Shown: positions 17,850 through 27,788, counted from the stretch's first letter. The stretch: DNA of 34,485 nucleotides from a virus (IMGVR_UViG_3300038797_000110:1-34485), one strand, 5' to 3'. Translations and numbers: made by a program. The notes: generated by a model from the sequence alone, not told the origin.

Positions 17850-18298
17850 CAGCGCAGGCCCTCGATCTCGGCTGCAGCCAGGTACGGCACGCCGTTGATG
17901 CGGATGAAATCCGGACTTGTGACGTCGAACGGCACCTTGTGCTTGTGCTTCTCGCCGCCCTTGGCGTCGATGTTCAGCAGGCTGGAGATCTTCGGCTTGC
18001 AGCCAAAAGCCTCCACGCGGAACTCGTCGGTGGGGGTTTTCGCGTAGAACAGCGAGTCGAACGGCTCCAGCTGGCGGAAGCTGCCGGCAGCGCGGGCAGC
18101 ATCGATCAGCAGGTTGAAGTTGGTGGTGTCCAGCTCTAGCTCGCCGCTCGCGGCAACGTCACCGTCGACGTAGCCATCCGGCACGCCGCCGGTCTGGGCC
18201 ACCGCGCTGTTGTCAGTGATATCGAGGGTGACGGTCTCAACGTGGATCTGCAGGTCGCCCACGGTGATGTCAAAGTTCTTGCCGCCGATCTTGGACAT
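17849..18298 (-). CDS. Tail tube protein (DUF2597, HP1-type)
   Basis: 149 aa; GVPDGYVDGDVAA..., VTSPDFIRINGVPYL; follows the sheath gene. Confidence 0.8.
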   Translation of the reverse strand: MSKIGGKNFDITVGDLQIHVETVTLDITDNSAVAQTGGVPDGYVDGDVAASGELELDTTNFNLLIDAARAAGSFRQLEPFDSLFYAKTPTDEFRVEAFGCKPKISSLLNIDAKGGEKHKHKVPFDVTSPDFIRINGVPYLAAAEIEGLR

Positions 18299-18302
18299 GG
18301 GG

Positions 18303-19412
18303 TTACTCCTCGTCGCTCAGGTCGAGAGCGATGTTTGCGGTAAGGTCTTTGGGGCAGTTGTAGGGGCGCAACTTCAGGTACGCCTCGACGGCGGTTTTGC
18401 TGGTCCAGACCAGGGTGATGGCGTCGTCCGACGGCGCCTCGATGTCGCCCGGGAACTGCACGCCGGCGAACACGACCGAGCGGGACATGTCGCGCAGCGG
18501 CTTCATCAAGGCGGTCTTGTTCTGCGCCATCGAGGTCGCTGTGTTGTTCAGCTTCCGATCGGCGATACGCTGGATCAGCAGGATCCGGACGCGACGGGCG
18601 GCCTTGTCAGCGATGCGCAGGTACTCGACCACCTGGTAGTCCGAGCCCGGAGCATCGAGCATGTTGCCGTCGCCCCAGAAGGTGCCCGGGTAATCGGGGT
18701 AGGTCTGCGGTACCGAAAAGCGCGCCTTATCCAGCTCGGCGACGATTGCGGAGGGGAGCGGAATGCTGTCCTTGTCGACCGGTACAGCCCCCAGGCCGAC
18801 CAGGGCGCCGGTTGCAACCCGCATCGGGCTGTCGGCGATGCTGACGTCTGCCCGGGCCAGGCGACCGGCGAGCACGCCCAGATTGTTGCCGTGCAGCTGT
18901 GGCACCACCAGCACGCGGGCAGCGGCCACATCGGCCACCTTGGCCTTGGCTTCGGAAAGGTAGGTGGCCCAGTCCTGGCCAGCGGTGATGCCAGCGACCG
19001 CCGACATGATGAATACCCGGCGCCCATATTTGGCGCTCAGCTCCAGGGCTTTTGCGTGCATGGCCTCGAACGTGGCCTTGTCCGCGACCGGCGTGGTGAT
19101 GACCACCGCCTCGACGGACACATTGTCCTGCTGGGCCTTGTCCAGGGCGGCTGCCCAGTCGCCGTTGGCGGCGATCGGCGCGGCCATGCACGCCCACTTG
19201 TCCCCACCGTTCTGGCGGGCAGCTAGGATTTGGGTTTTCAAGTCGGATGCCGTGGCGCCCAGGTCGGTGTCCAGGTCGCTCTGGGTGTTCAGGGCCAGCA
19301 GCTTGCCAACGTTCTTGCCGGCTGGGCCGATGAACAGGAAATAGCGCTCGATCTCAGTCACGGCGCCCTGGCCGAGGTTGAGGTTGTTTACGTTGGCGGA
19401 TCCAAGTGCCAT
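18303..19412 (-). CDS. Tail sheath protein (DUF2586, HP1-type)
   Basis: 369 aa; NLNLGQG..EIER, SIADSPMRVATG, YPDYPG, PYNCPK motifs. Confidence 0.8.
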   Translation of the reverse strand: MALGSANVNNLNLGQGAVTEIERYFLFIGPAGKNVGKLLALNTQSDLDTDLGATASDLKTQILAARQNGGDKWACMAAPIAANGDWAAALDKAQQDNVSVEAVVITTPVADKATFEAMHAKALELSAKYGRRVFIMSAVAGITAGQDWATYLSEAKAKVADVAAARVLVVPQLHGNNLGVLAGRLARADVSIADSPMRVATGALVGLGAVPVDKDSIPLPSAIVAELDKARFSVPQTYPDYPGTFWGDGNMLDAPGSDYQVVEYLRIADKAARRVRILLIQRIADRKLNNTATSMAQNKTALMKPLRDMSRSVVFAGVQFPGDIEAPSDDAITLVWTSKTAVEAYLKLRPYNCPKDLTANIALDLSDEE

Positions 19413-19422
19413 GGAATGCCTC

Positions 19423-20103
19423 TTAGCGGGGTGAGTTGAGGATTTGTTCCAGCACCAGGTTCACCAGCTCGCTGGTGTCGCGGTTGCTGTTTGCGCCCAG
19501 GAACTGGCGCTTGGGCAGCTTGATTTCCCAGCTGTCGGCACCGGTGGACTCGCCCTGTTCTTCGTCCAAGATGCGAATCAGCAGACCGGCCTGCATGTAG
19601 CTGACATGCTCCAGGATCCAAGCCACAGCCGGCCGGGACAGCCGCTTTTTGCCAGCCTGGCGCACCTTGAAACCCAGTCGACGCAGCCGCTTGGCCTGCT
19701 TGGGCGTCGACATAGAGCCCTCGTCGACCTTGTTCCAGCGGCGCATCTGCTGGGCTGTTCGGCGCTCGGTTGCGCCGTTGTGCTGCTGGGCGGCTACCCA
19801 GGAGGTCAGGTTGTTCTTCCAGCCCAGGACGGCCTGGTCAGCGGTCAGGCTGGTGACCTGCAGCAATTTGCCCAGGCCGGCCTCCATCTTCTTCTGCCCG
19901 GGCTCAGGTTTTTTGCGCTCGGCAAAGGGCGAGCCGTCCAGGTTCTGCTGGCTGCGGATGCGCTTGCGGCTCATCGTCCGCAGACGCTTCGTCACGTTGT
20001 TCAGCAGGCGCCGGCGAAGCCGCGGCTCAAGGCGCAGGAGCGCCAATTGCTCGCGCACGCCCAGGACGCCCCGGGCATCAATGCCGACGAAAGAGCTAGC
20101 CAC
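19423..20103 (-). CDS. Virion morphogenesis/tail completion protein (gpS-like)
   Basis: QQNLDGSPFAERK, AAQQHNG, LPKRQFLG motifs. Confidence 0.75.
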   Translation of the reverse strand: MASSFVGIDARGVLGVREQLALLRLEPRLRRRLLNNVTKRLRTMSRKRIRSQQNLDGSPFAERKKPEPGQKKMEAGLGKLLQVTSLTADQAVLGWKNNLTSWVAAQQHNGATERRTAQQMRRWNKVDEGSMSTPKQAKRLRRLGFKVRQAGKKRLSRPAVAWILEHVSYMQAGLLIRILDEEQGESTGADSWEIKLPKRQFLGANSNRDTSELVNLVLEQILNSPR

Positions 20104-20542
20104 GGGCCGTCACCTCGCCTTCTTCCGCGACCCACAGGTCGTACGGAACGAATGCCCAGGTCTTGCCGAACGCTTCAAACTCGCCGTCGTCGTCCTCGGC
20201 CAAGTACTGGGGCTCCACGAACTGGACGGTCAGCTCGACGTCGAACAGATCGTTGTCCAGGTCGATAGGCTCGATCACGAACGCCGGCGCCGGCAGGTCC
20301 TCGCGGTCTGGATCATTGGCTTCCAGCCAGGTGCCGACCAGGGCCAGCAGGCGCGGTGGGGAGCCGGTGAAGCGCTCCAGGTCGAACACTGCGCGATAGG
20401 TCATATCGCCCATGTGCAGGCCCTGGGTGGTCTCTTTCCAGAGCAGTTCGGTGTCCATCTGCTCGACCCAGCTCTGCAGCTGCTCGGGCATCACCAGCTG
20501 GCGTTCGAGCAGGTACGCGGTCAGGGCCTTGATCTTGTTCAT
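20096..20542 (-). CDS. Tail completion protein (gpR-like)
   Basis: 148 aa acidic protein between head completion and gpS-like genes. Confidence 0.65.
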   Translation of the reverse strand: MNKIKALTAYLLERQLVMPEQLQSWVEQMDTELLWKETTQGLHMGDMTYRAVFDLERFTGSPPRLLALVGTWLEANDPDREDLPAPAFVIEPIDLDNDLFDVELTVQFVEPQYLAEDDDGEFEAFGKTWAFVPYDLWVAEEGEVTARG

Positions 20543-21000
20543 ACCAAGGCCGCCGTGATGCGGCTGCGGCCCTGCAGGGCGCGAACAGCGGCTTGGCTGA
20601 ATGCCAGGTAGGTTTCAGCGCGTTCCGGCGCTTCCTTGCCAGTGTTCTCGGCCACCTCCCGGCGTGTCACGGTCGCAAAATCGGTCAGCGCGGTGGCCTT
20701 GGCCCGGCAGTACGCGGCGCGCTTGTACAACTCCACCTTGAAAGTGCGCTCGGGCAGCAGCAGCGAATCGGCAGTGGCCACCTCAGCAATACCGAGGTCA
20801 CGCCAACTGGCCATCAGCTTGGCAAGGTCCTGGTTTACTTCGGCCATGGCGATGTTTAGGTGAGTAACCAGCGTGTCGCTCAGGTATTCCCCGGGCAGGC
20901 GGTAAGCCTTCTGGTACTCAGCCAGGGAGAGGTTCGGCCAGAAGCCGTTGTTCTCGATGGTCTGGTCCACCACGGTTGCGGTTTTGCCTGAAAAGCTCAT
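20539..21000 (-). CDS. Head completion/stabilisation protein (gpL-like)
   Basis: IENNGFWP...YKRAAYCRAKA motifs. Confidence 0.8.
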   Translation of the reverse strand: MSFSGKTATVVDQTIENNGFWPNLSLAEYQKAYRLPGEYLSDTLVTHLNIAMAEVNQDLAKLMASWRDLGIAEVATADSLLLPERTFKVELYKRAAYCRAKATALTDFATVTRREVAENTGKEAPERAETYLAFSQAAVRALQGRSRITAALV

Positions 21001-21096
21001 CGCTGATCACTCGAAAAGGGCGGGAAACACCGTTGCCACGGGACTGGCCATAAATGGCATGCTCGTTTCACGGGTTCCCGCTGGGGGGGTAGTCGG

Positions 21097-21831
21097 TTAC
21101 GGGTTTTCCGGCTGCGGTGCCAACGGTGCCGCCTGTGCTTTGCGCAGGGCCTTGCGGGCGTTTTCGATCCGAGTGCCCACGCCGACCTTCGGATACAGCT
21201 CGATGGCACGCTCTAGGTGCTTGATCGCCGTGACCCAGTCCTTCGCCTCCATCGCACGAATGCCGATCAGCTTTTGGTACTTGGCCGGGATCTGCTCTGG
21301 CAGGTCCCACTCACCATCCACACGCGGCAGCAGGTCGGACAGGTAAGGCTCGGGGCTGCGACCGGCCTGATGCTCGTCATAGGCCCATTCGCACACCGCG
21401 TCGGCAACAAAGGTCGGGATGTCGCGTTTGAAACGCTCCGGCATTTCCTGGCCTTGCCCGATGGCGATGTCTGCCAGTTCCAGGGCATCCTCGAATTGGG
21501 CGGTGTCGAACAACCAAACCATGACCTGCACAAGGACGCGGTTTTGGTACACAAGACCGGATGCCAAGTAGCGCTGGACGTACTCCTGGTACTTGGGCAG
21601 CAGCTCGTTGCGCTTGAGATCCTGGCGGGTAGCCAGACCCTTGATATCACTTAGGCGGGCCAGATCCTCATCCAAGCCAGCAACCATCAGAGCCAAATGC
21701 TTGCGAGCGTTGGCAGGGCTGTTAAGCGCTTCGGCCGGAGAGTACGGCAGCGTGGCAGCGGCGGCTGCAGCGCTTACTGCTGCAACCCCCAAGGCAAGGG
21801 TCCGGCGCTTGTGCTGCAGCGCCAAACTCAC
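21097..21831 (-). CDS. Terminase small subunit (gpM-like)
   Basis: KRNELLPKY, VMVWLFD, MPERFKRDIP, YPKVGV; follows the capsid gene. Confidence 0.8.
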   Translation of the reverse strand: MSLALQHKRRTLALGVAAVSAAAAAATLPYSPAEALNSPANARKHLALMVAGLDEDLARLSDIKGLATRQDLKRNELLPKYQEYVQRYLASGLVYQNRVLVQVMVWLFDTAQFEDALELADIAIGQGQEMPERFKRDIPTFVADAVCEWAYDEHQAGRSPEPYLSDLLPRVDGEWDLPEQIPAKYQKLIGIRAMEAKDWVTAIKHLERAIELYPKVGVGTRIENARKALRKAQAAPLAPQPENP

Positions 21832-22847
21832 TGGGCCACCTCAATGTTTTCCATCAAGCCGGCCTTCTCCAGCTGCTCGACCACATAGCCTTCGTTGCGG
21901 CTGTTGTAGTCCTCGACGCGGGAGCGCTTCGGGTTGTCGACGGTCTGCTTACGCCAGCTGGTGTCCTGGTAGTAGATCGACAGGTTGTCGAAGCTGGTGA
22001 CCAGGATCGCGTCGACCGGGAAGTTCGGCACGCTGTAAGCCGCCAGGCCGCCATAGGTGGCGATCACTTGCGCCAGCTCGATGCGCTCTTTCTCGGTAGG
22101 GGTGTCAGCCTGCTTGCTATACAGCTTCGCCTTATCGGCGGCCAACAGGTCGGAACCGATGATGGCTACCAGATCGCCGTTCTCACGCAGGCGCTCATCG
22201 ACCAACTGCTTGGCGTCATGCACTGCAGCGTCGAGGTTCGCGTAGTCGCCGTCGACGCCGATGACGATCTTGCCGGCCACCTTGCCTTCGGACAGCACCT
22301 GGTGCGGTACCTGGGTGCGCAGGATCTGCAGCCAGCCAATGTTCACATCCTGGAGCAGCGGATACAGGGTGATGTCGGTCTGAACGGCGACGTGGGTGCC
22401 GTGGAATCCGATCATGATCCGGTCCAGGGCGATCTGCTTCTGCACGGCGGCAGAGTAGCGCTGATGGAAGTCCGGGAACTTGGCCCAGGCATCGATCTTG
22501 GCGTACGGCAGGCCCACATCGGACTGAGTGTCGTGCAGTTCGTACTGATTGTTGTCCAGGCCGGAGGCGTCCTTTGCCTCGCGATCGGTGGTCTTGGTGT
22601 TGGTACGACCAGTCACCGGGCCATTGGTACCGATGAAGACTTTCTCGCCCTTGATCTCGGACACTGGAACTACGTTGATACGCTCCAGGAAGTCCGACTT
22701 CGCAGTGATCGCGTCGTTCAGCTCCTGGGTGATCGACGGGTCGACACTGAAGTGCTGGCTGACCAGGTCAACCCCATAGCTCTCGGCCAGAGCCAACTGC
22801 AGCTCAGCGAACATTTGCGCACCGTAAGCGCTCAGGTTACGGGCCAT
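21828..22847 (-). CDS. Major capsid protein, P2 family (gpN-like)
   Basis: FSVDPS, SDFLERINVV, ALDRIMIGFHG, PLLQDVNIGWLQ, DNLSIYYQ, SRNEGYVVE. Confidence 0.93.
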   Translation of the reverse strand: MARNLSAYGAQMFAELQLALAESYGVDLVSQHFSVDPSITQELNDAITAKSDFLERINVVPVSEIKGEKVFIGTNGPVTGRTNTKTTDREAKDASGLDNNQYELHDTQSDVGLPYAKIDAWAKFPDFHQRYSAAVQKQIALDRIMIGFHGTHVAVQTDITLYPLLQDVNIGWLQILRTQVPHQVLSEGKVAGKIVIGVDGDYANLDAAVHDAKQLVDERLRENGDLVAIIGSDLLAADKAKLYSKQADTPTEKERIELAQVIATYGGLAAYSVPNFPVDAILVTSFDNLSIYYQDTSWRKQTVDNPKRSRVEDYNSRNEGYVVEQLEKAGLMENIEVAQ

Positions 22848-22848
22848 G

Positions 22849-23769
22849 TCAGAGCACCCGCTTTTTCTGGGTTGCAACCGGCGCAGCAGTGCGCGGCAGG
22901 TTGCGACCGGTAGGAGTGTTCTTCAGGGCGGTGAATTGCTCTTGGAGGCCCGCCAGGGCTTTCAGCACAGCTTTGTTGCTGTTGCCGCCGTTGCGGGCGA
23001 ACTCGCGCTGCTCCTCGGCAGTGGTGACGATATCGTCAACCGCAGACTGGACGTCATCGATCGGAGCCTGCTCAGGCTCGGGTGCATCCTCGGCAGCGGG
23101 CTCGATCACTGCCTGAATACCGGCGGCGACGACGAGCAGCTGAGCCAGCAGGGCCTTCAGGGCCGTTGCGGTAGCTTCATCCATTGGGGGTTTGCTCTCG
23201 GTGGGGGTGGGTTCGATTTCGGTGGTCGCATCGCCCGATGCGAAGCGGTTGAATAGCTTGGTCAGGATGGTGATGAGCTTGCCGGCTTCACCCTTCGGCT
23301 CGCCCTCAAGCGGCCCAAGTTCCTGCGAGGCTGCGTAATACGAGGCCTTGCTGGTTTTGTTTGAGAAGTAGAGTTCTTGGGTCCCCAGGCTGGCGGGCTC
23401 GTCGGTTACGGCCAGGCCGGTGAGATAAGCCTTGCCGGTGTTGGCGAAATCCGGGGTGATCTCGACGCTGGTGAATAGCTTCTCGCCGCGATCGTTCAGC
23501 CACAGCAGCTTGTCGTTGGGCTTCAACTGCGCTTCTAGCGCGACCTGGCCGGGCTGCAGATCCTCTGAGGTTTCGTCCAGACGCACCGCAAAGACGGTGC
23601 CGTGGGAGCCCGGCCAGCGCTCGTGGTCGCACCAGATGACAGCGGTATAGGTCGCCGGGGTATAGGTCTCGGCCATGTCGCGCAGGTGCTGCGGCAGAAT
23701 CTCGCGTCCGTCGCAGGTGGGGCCGCTGACAGCGACACGTTTCCAGTAGGAGACAAGGGAGCGTGGCAT
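22849..23769 (-). CDS. Capsid scaffolding/protease protein (gpO-like)
   Basis: SGPTCDGREI, FTSVEI.P.FA.TGKAYLTGLAVTDEPASLGT. Confidence 0.9.
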   Translation of the reverse strand: MPRSLVSYWKRVAVSGPTCDGREILPQHLRDMAETYTPATYTAVIWCDHERWPGSHGTVFAVRLDETSEDLQPGQVALEAQLKPNDKLLWLNDRGEKLFTSVEITPDFANTGKAYLTGLAVTDEPASLGTQELYFSNKTSKASYYAASQELGPLEGEPKGEAGKLITILTKLFNRFASGDATTEIEPTPTESKPPMDEATATALKALLAQLLVVAAGIQAVIEPAAEDAPEPEQAPIDDVQSAVDDIVTTAEEQREFARNGGNSNKAVLKALAGLQEQFTALKNTPTGRNLPRTAAPVATQKKRVL

Positions 23770-23930
23770 GATTGGGAGAGTGCTCGACGGGGTCAGAGGC
23801 CCCCACCATAGGCACCGTAAAAAGCTCGGCCAATCACTTTGATTTCGGCCCTCTCCTATTTTTATGATCTAGGAGAATTACGGAATTTTTGTAGGCGTTT
23901 CGACGCTGATCGCCGCATAGACTGCGGCCC
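23770..23930. promoter_or_regulatory. Divergent late promoter region
   Basis: Between divergent scaffold and terminase genes, as in P2; TCTCCTA-N11-TAGGAGA dyad (23852-23876); TAGACT -10-like box at 23918-23923. Confidence 0.55.
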
Positions 23931-25997
23931 ATGAACTACTCCATCGAAGTCAAAGAGGCCGCTAAACGCCTCTACCTACGCCGGGCATCGGTGAAGGAAA
24001 TCCAGGCTCAGCTGAAGTTGCCCAACGTGCGGATCATCTATTACTGGATCCGCCAAGGGTCGTGGGACGAGATGCTGACAGATGAGGAACCGGTCACTGC
24101 GGTGAGCCGGAGGATCACGCTCATCCTGGAAAAGACGGAGCCTTTGACGAAGGGCGAGCTGGACGAGCTCGAGCGCCTGACCACCTTGCGCGAGCGGCTG
24201 ATTAAGCAATCCAATCGCCCCCAGTCGCCACGGGCAAATGACGCGGCAGTTGATCCCGGCGAGGACGAGCAGCGCGGCCAACGTCAGCGTCGAAGTCAAG
24301 GCGATACGAGCGATCGTTCCGGCAAACGTAAAGAGAAAAAGCTCAAGAACGACATCAGCGCACTGACGGAGGTGGACTTCCTGGAGAAGTTCACCTCCAC
24401 CATGTTCGGCTATCAGCAGGAGCTGCTCGCCGCCAAGATGAATCCGTTGACGGCACGGATCCGCAACATCCTCAAAAGCCGACAGATCGGACTCACCTAT
24501 TACTTCGCTGCCGAAGCGTTTATGGATGCGGTACTGACCGGTGACAACCAGATTTTCCTGTCCGCCAGCCGCTCCCAGTCAGAGGTGTTCCGCAGCTATA
24601 TCGTTGCCTTCGCCAGCAAGTGGTTCGATATCGAGCTGACCGGCAACCCCATCACCTTGAGCAAGGATGGTAAGCCCTGGGCTGAGCTTCGGTTCCTGTC
24701 CACCAATGCGAACACCGCCCAGAGCTACCACGGTCACCTCTACGTCGATGAAGTCTTTTGGATCCCACGCTTCGACAAGATCCAAACCGTCGCCAGCGGT
24801 ATGGCCGCTCATGCGAAGTGGAGGCAGACCTACTTCTCAACGCCCAGTGCAGTTACCCACGAGGCGTACCCCTTCTGGACAGGTGAAACGTTCCGCAACA
24901 GCAAACGCGGGAAGAAGGCGGGGGCATGGCCCAGTGAGGCGGAGATCCACGCGGGCGCGCTGTGCCCGGATGGCCAGTGGCGCAAGATCATCACGCTGGA
25001 AGATGCCATTGCTGGCGGCTGTAATCTGTTCGACATCGACCGCCTGCGCTTGGAGAACGACGAAGAACGCTTCGAGCAGTTGTTCATGTGCAAATTCATC
25101 GACAGCACCCAGTCGGTGTTCAGCCTGGCTGACCTCGAAAAATCCTACTCCGACCTTGGCCTCTGGGACGATTACGACTCGACGGCCAAACGTCCGTTCG
25201 GCAACGCGCCAGTCTGGCTGGGCTACGACCCGAGCCGTACCCGGGACGATGCTACCTGCGTGGTCGTCGCGCCACCTGCTGAACCTGGTGGAAAGTTCCG
25301 GATCCTGGAGAAACACAGTTGGCGAGGGCAGTCCTTCACCCATCAAGCCGCACAAGTCAAGAAGCTCACCGAGCGCTTCAACGTCCAGCACATCGGTATC
25401 GATACGACCGGTGTGGGCATCGGCGTGTATGACCTGGTGCGCGACTTCTACCCGCGGGCCAAGTCGATCCACTACAGCCTCGAGACGAAAACCACGCTTG
25501 TGCTCAAGGCCCAGGACGTCATCCAGGCGGGCCGGATGCAGTGGGACGCTGGCTGGAGCGACATCGCCCAGGCCTTCCTGACAATCAAACGCGGCACCAC
25601 CAACGGCGGGCAAATCACGTTCAGCGCGTCCAGGACCGAGGCCACCGGCCACGCCGACATCGCCTGGTCGATCATGCACGCCCTCTACAACGAGCCCCTG
25701 AACACAAACAAGCGGCGCCGCAGCCGCTACCTCACGAGCGGAACCAATGCCCAATCGACGCAGAAACAAAAAGGCAGCGCCGCCGGCGCGGTCGCAACAG
25801 CCCACCAGGATGTTCACCTTCGGGGAGCCGGAGCAAGTCCTCAGCGGCAACATCGGCGAGTACCTGGGCGTGTTCCCCAGCGACGACGGCGAGATCTACA
25901 AGCCGCCGGTGTCGCGGGCAGGCCTGGCCAAGCTTTTGCGCGCCAACGCGCACCACGGCGCAATCCCCAAGTTCAAGCGCAACCTCATGCTGCGTGA
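23931..25997 (+). CDS. Terminase large (ATPase/nuclease) subunit (gpP-like)
   Basis: N-terminal HTH, KSRQIGLT, LYVDE, GYDPS, HADIAW; the C-terminal ~83 codons overlap the portal gene. Confidence 0.92.
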   Translation: MNYSIEVKEAAKRLYLRRASVKEIQAQLKLPNVRIIYYWIRQGSWDEMLTDEEPVTAVSRRITLILEKTEPLTKGELDELERLTTLRERLIKQSNRPQSPRANDAAVDPGEDEQRGQRQRRSQGDTSDRSGKRKEKKLKNDISALTEVDFLEKFTSTMFGYQQELLAAKMNPLTARIRNILKSRQIGLTYYFAAEAFMDAVLTGDNQIFLSASRSQSEVFRSYIVAFASKWFDIELTGNPITLSKDGKPWAELRFLSTNANTAQSYHGHLYVDEVFWIPRFDKIQTVASGMAAHAKWRQTYFSTPSAVTHEAYPFWTGETFRNSKRGKKAGAWPSEAEIHAGALCPDGQWRKIITLEDAIAGGCNLFDIDRLRLENDEERFEQLFMCKFIDSTQSVFSLADLEKSYSDLGLWDDYDSTAKRPFGNAPVWLGYDPSRTRDDATCVVVAPPAEPGGKFRILEKHSWRGQSFTHQAAQVKKLTERFNVQHIGIDTTGVGIGVYDLVRDFYPRAKSIHYSLETKTTLVLKAQDVIQAGRMQWDAGWSDIAQAFLTIKRGTTNGGQITFSASRTEATGHADIAWSIMHALYNEPLNTNKRRRSRYLTSGTNAQSTQKQKGSAAGAVATAHQDVHLRGAGASPQRQHRRVPGRVPQRRRRDLQAAGVAGRPGQAFARQRAPRRNPQVQAQPHAA

Positions 25998-26778
25998 GTT
26001 CATCGCGTCCCAAGGCTGCAGCGCGCAGACCATGGCCAAGGCCGCGCTGGACTACATGGTCTTCGGCGAGGCGTATTTCTACCGAATCCCGAACGCCTTC
26101 GGGCAGACGGTGGAGCTGGACCACCTGATGGCCATCAACATGCGGGTGAAGGTCAAGGGCGGCTATCGGATGCTACTGCCGGATAACAAATTCGAGGACT
26201 TCGACCAGGACGAGATCGTCCACATCAAGGACTACGACGTCGAGCAGAACATCTACGGCATCCCGGACTACCTGGGAGGTCTCCAGGCGCTGCTGCTGAA
26301 CGAAGCTGCCACCCTCTTCCGCCGGCGCTACTACAGCAACGGCGCACACGCTGGGTACATCTTCTACACCAACGACCCGGACCTCACCGAAGAAGACGAG
26401 AACGAACTGCGTGCTCAGATCAGTGCAAGCAAGGGCGTGGGCAACTTCCGATCGATGTTCGTGAACATCCCAGGTGGCGCAGAGAACGCCATCAAGATCA
26501 TCCCAGTGGGCGACTTCCAAGCCAAGGACGAGCTGGAGAAGGTAAAGAACATCACCCGCAACGACATTATCGCAGCATGGCGCATGAACCCCGCGCTGGC
26601 CGGCATCATCCCCGAAACCACCGGCGGTTTCGGAGACATCGAGAAGATCGATCGCGTCTATACCAGCAACGAAATCCGCCCCATCTGCCAGCTGTTCAAC
26701 CAGGTCAATAACAGCCTACGGGAAGACCGACGAATCAGCTGGATAGAGCCCTCAACAGCGAACAAAAACACTGACTAA
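25747..26778 (+). CDS. Portal protein, PBSX/P2 gpQ family
   Basis: QNIYGIPDY, LLNEAATLFRRRYYSNGAHAG, GVGNFRSMF, GGFGDIEK. Confidence 0.92.
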   Translation: MPNRRRNKKAAPPARSQQPTRMFTFGEPEQVLSGNIGEYLGVFPSDDGEIYKPPVSRAGLAKLLRANAHHGAIPKFKRNLMLREFIASQGCSAQTMAKAALDYMVFGEAYFYRIPNAFGQTVELDHLMAINMRVKVKGGYRMLLPDNKFEDFDQDEIVHIKDYDVEQNIYGIPDYLGGLQALLLNEAATLFRRRYYSNGAHAGYIFYTNDPDLTEEDENELRAQISASKGVGNFRSMFVNIPGGAENAIKIIPVGDFQAKDELEKVKNITRNDIIAAWRMNPALAGIIPETTGGFGDIEKIDRVYTSNEIRPICQLFNQVNNSLREDRRISWIEPSTANKNTD

Positions 26779-26851
26779 AAACACAGTAAATGGATGAACG
26801 TCGCCCAAAATGACGGCATAATGATGGCATTGAAATCCCGGGGAGGGACCT

Positions 26852-27112
26852 ATGCGGATCTACTGCACAGCCTGCGACCACAAAGGCCGCATCAGCTCGC
26901 GGGAAGAAATGACGCGAGCCTACGTAAAGCTGTACTGTCAGTGCTTGAACGCCGAGTGCGGGCACACCTGGGTATCGGAGCTGACCTTCAAGCACACCCT
27001 GCGCGCCCCAGCTCAACGCCAGACCAACCTGCTGCTCGATCACATCAGGAGCTTGCCCGCCGACCGGCAACAGGAACTGTTCCAGCAGCTGGGAATCTCG
27101 CCTGCAGCCTGA
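26852..27112 (+). CDS. Ogr/Delta-like zinc-finger late transcription activator
   Basis: CTAC...YCQCLNAECGHTW. Confidence 0.85.
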   Translation: MRIYCTACDHKGRISSREEMTRAYVKLYCQCLNAECGHTWVSELTFKHTLRAPAQRQTNLLLDHIRSLPADRQQELFQQLGISPAA

Positions 27113-27139
27113 CCCTCTCCCCTCCCCATTCATCGCAAG

Positions 27140-27166
27140 AGTGCCCCACGCGGGCACTTTCCGTTT
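27140..27166 (+). terminator. Probable intrinsic terminator after the ogr-like gene
   Basis: AGTGCCC-CACGC-GGGCACT followed by TTCCGTTT. Confidence 0.5.
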
Positions 27167-27169
27167 CGC

Positions 27170-27788
27170 CTACAGTCAATCCAACGCCAGATGCCTGCAA
27201 CGCAGGCATGGTAGCCGCCTGCCCGGTCATCTTTGAGAACGACCCTGTCGGCGCGGCGATACCCGCGCAGCGGCCGATCGGTCGTCAACACCGCCCCAAG
27301 CTGCCAGCAGTCCCGCAAAGGCCAGCCCGCGAGCACACTGGGCGCCACAAAAACGCGACCGGTCGCGCCCGATTACCCGCTCTTGAACTGCTGAATCGCC
27401 AGCACATCGTGCAGGCGAGGCAGCATGGGTGCAGGGCACTGCCCTGCCGGGGTGCGGGCGAGTAGCCCGCGAAGGTAAAGAATCGAGCGCAGCGAGCTGA
27501 GCCCCATGGGCGAAGGCATCATGAATGTTCCCTACATGCGATAGACCAAACACCTCGAAAGCCTCTTTTTTTTCACCCTTCGGGGTTACTGGTTGGGGGA
27601 TAAAATTCCATTTAATACAAAACCATGCCGGCGACTCCCTGGAGCCGCCGGCAGCGCGGGAAAATTTGAGGGGAAAATGGTCACGCACGACCAAGCCGAC
27701 CAAGGAGAGGTGGCTGTACGCAGAAGAAATTAGAGGAGAAGTGGGTCGCCTGGCACGGCCAGGCCTCGCGTGGGATGCGATGAGGGGG
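27170..27788. other. Putative replication origin region
   Basis: ~620 bp without a convincing ORF, directly downstream of the rep gene; several short GC hairpins and an AT-rich patch at ~27560-27625. Confidence 0.45.
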
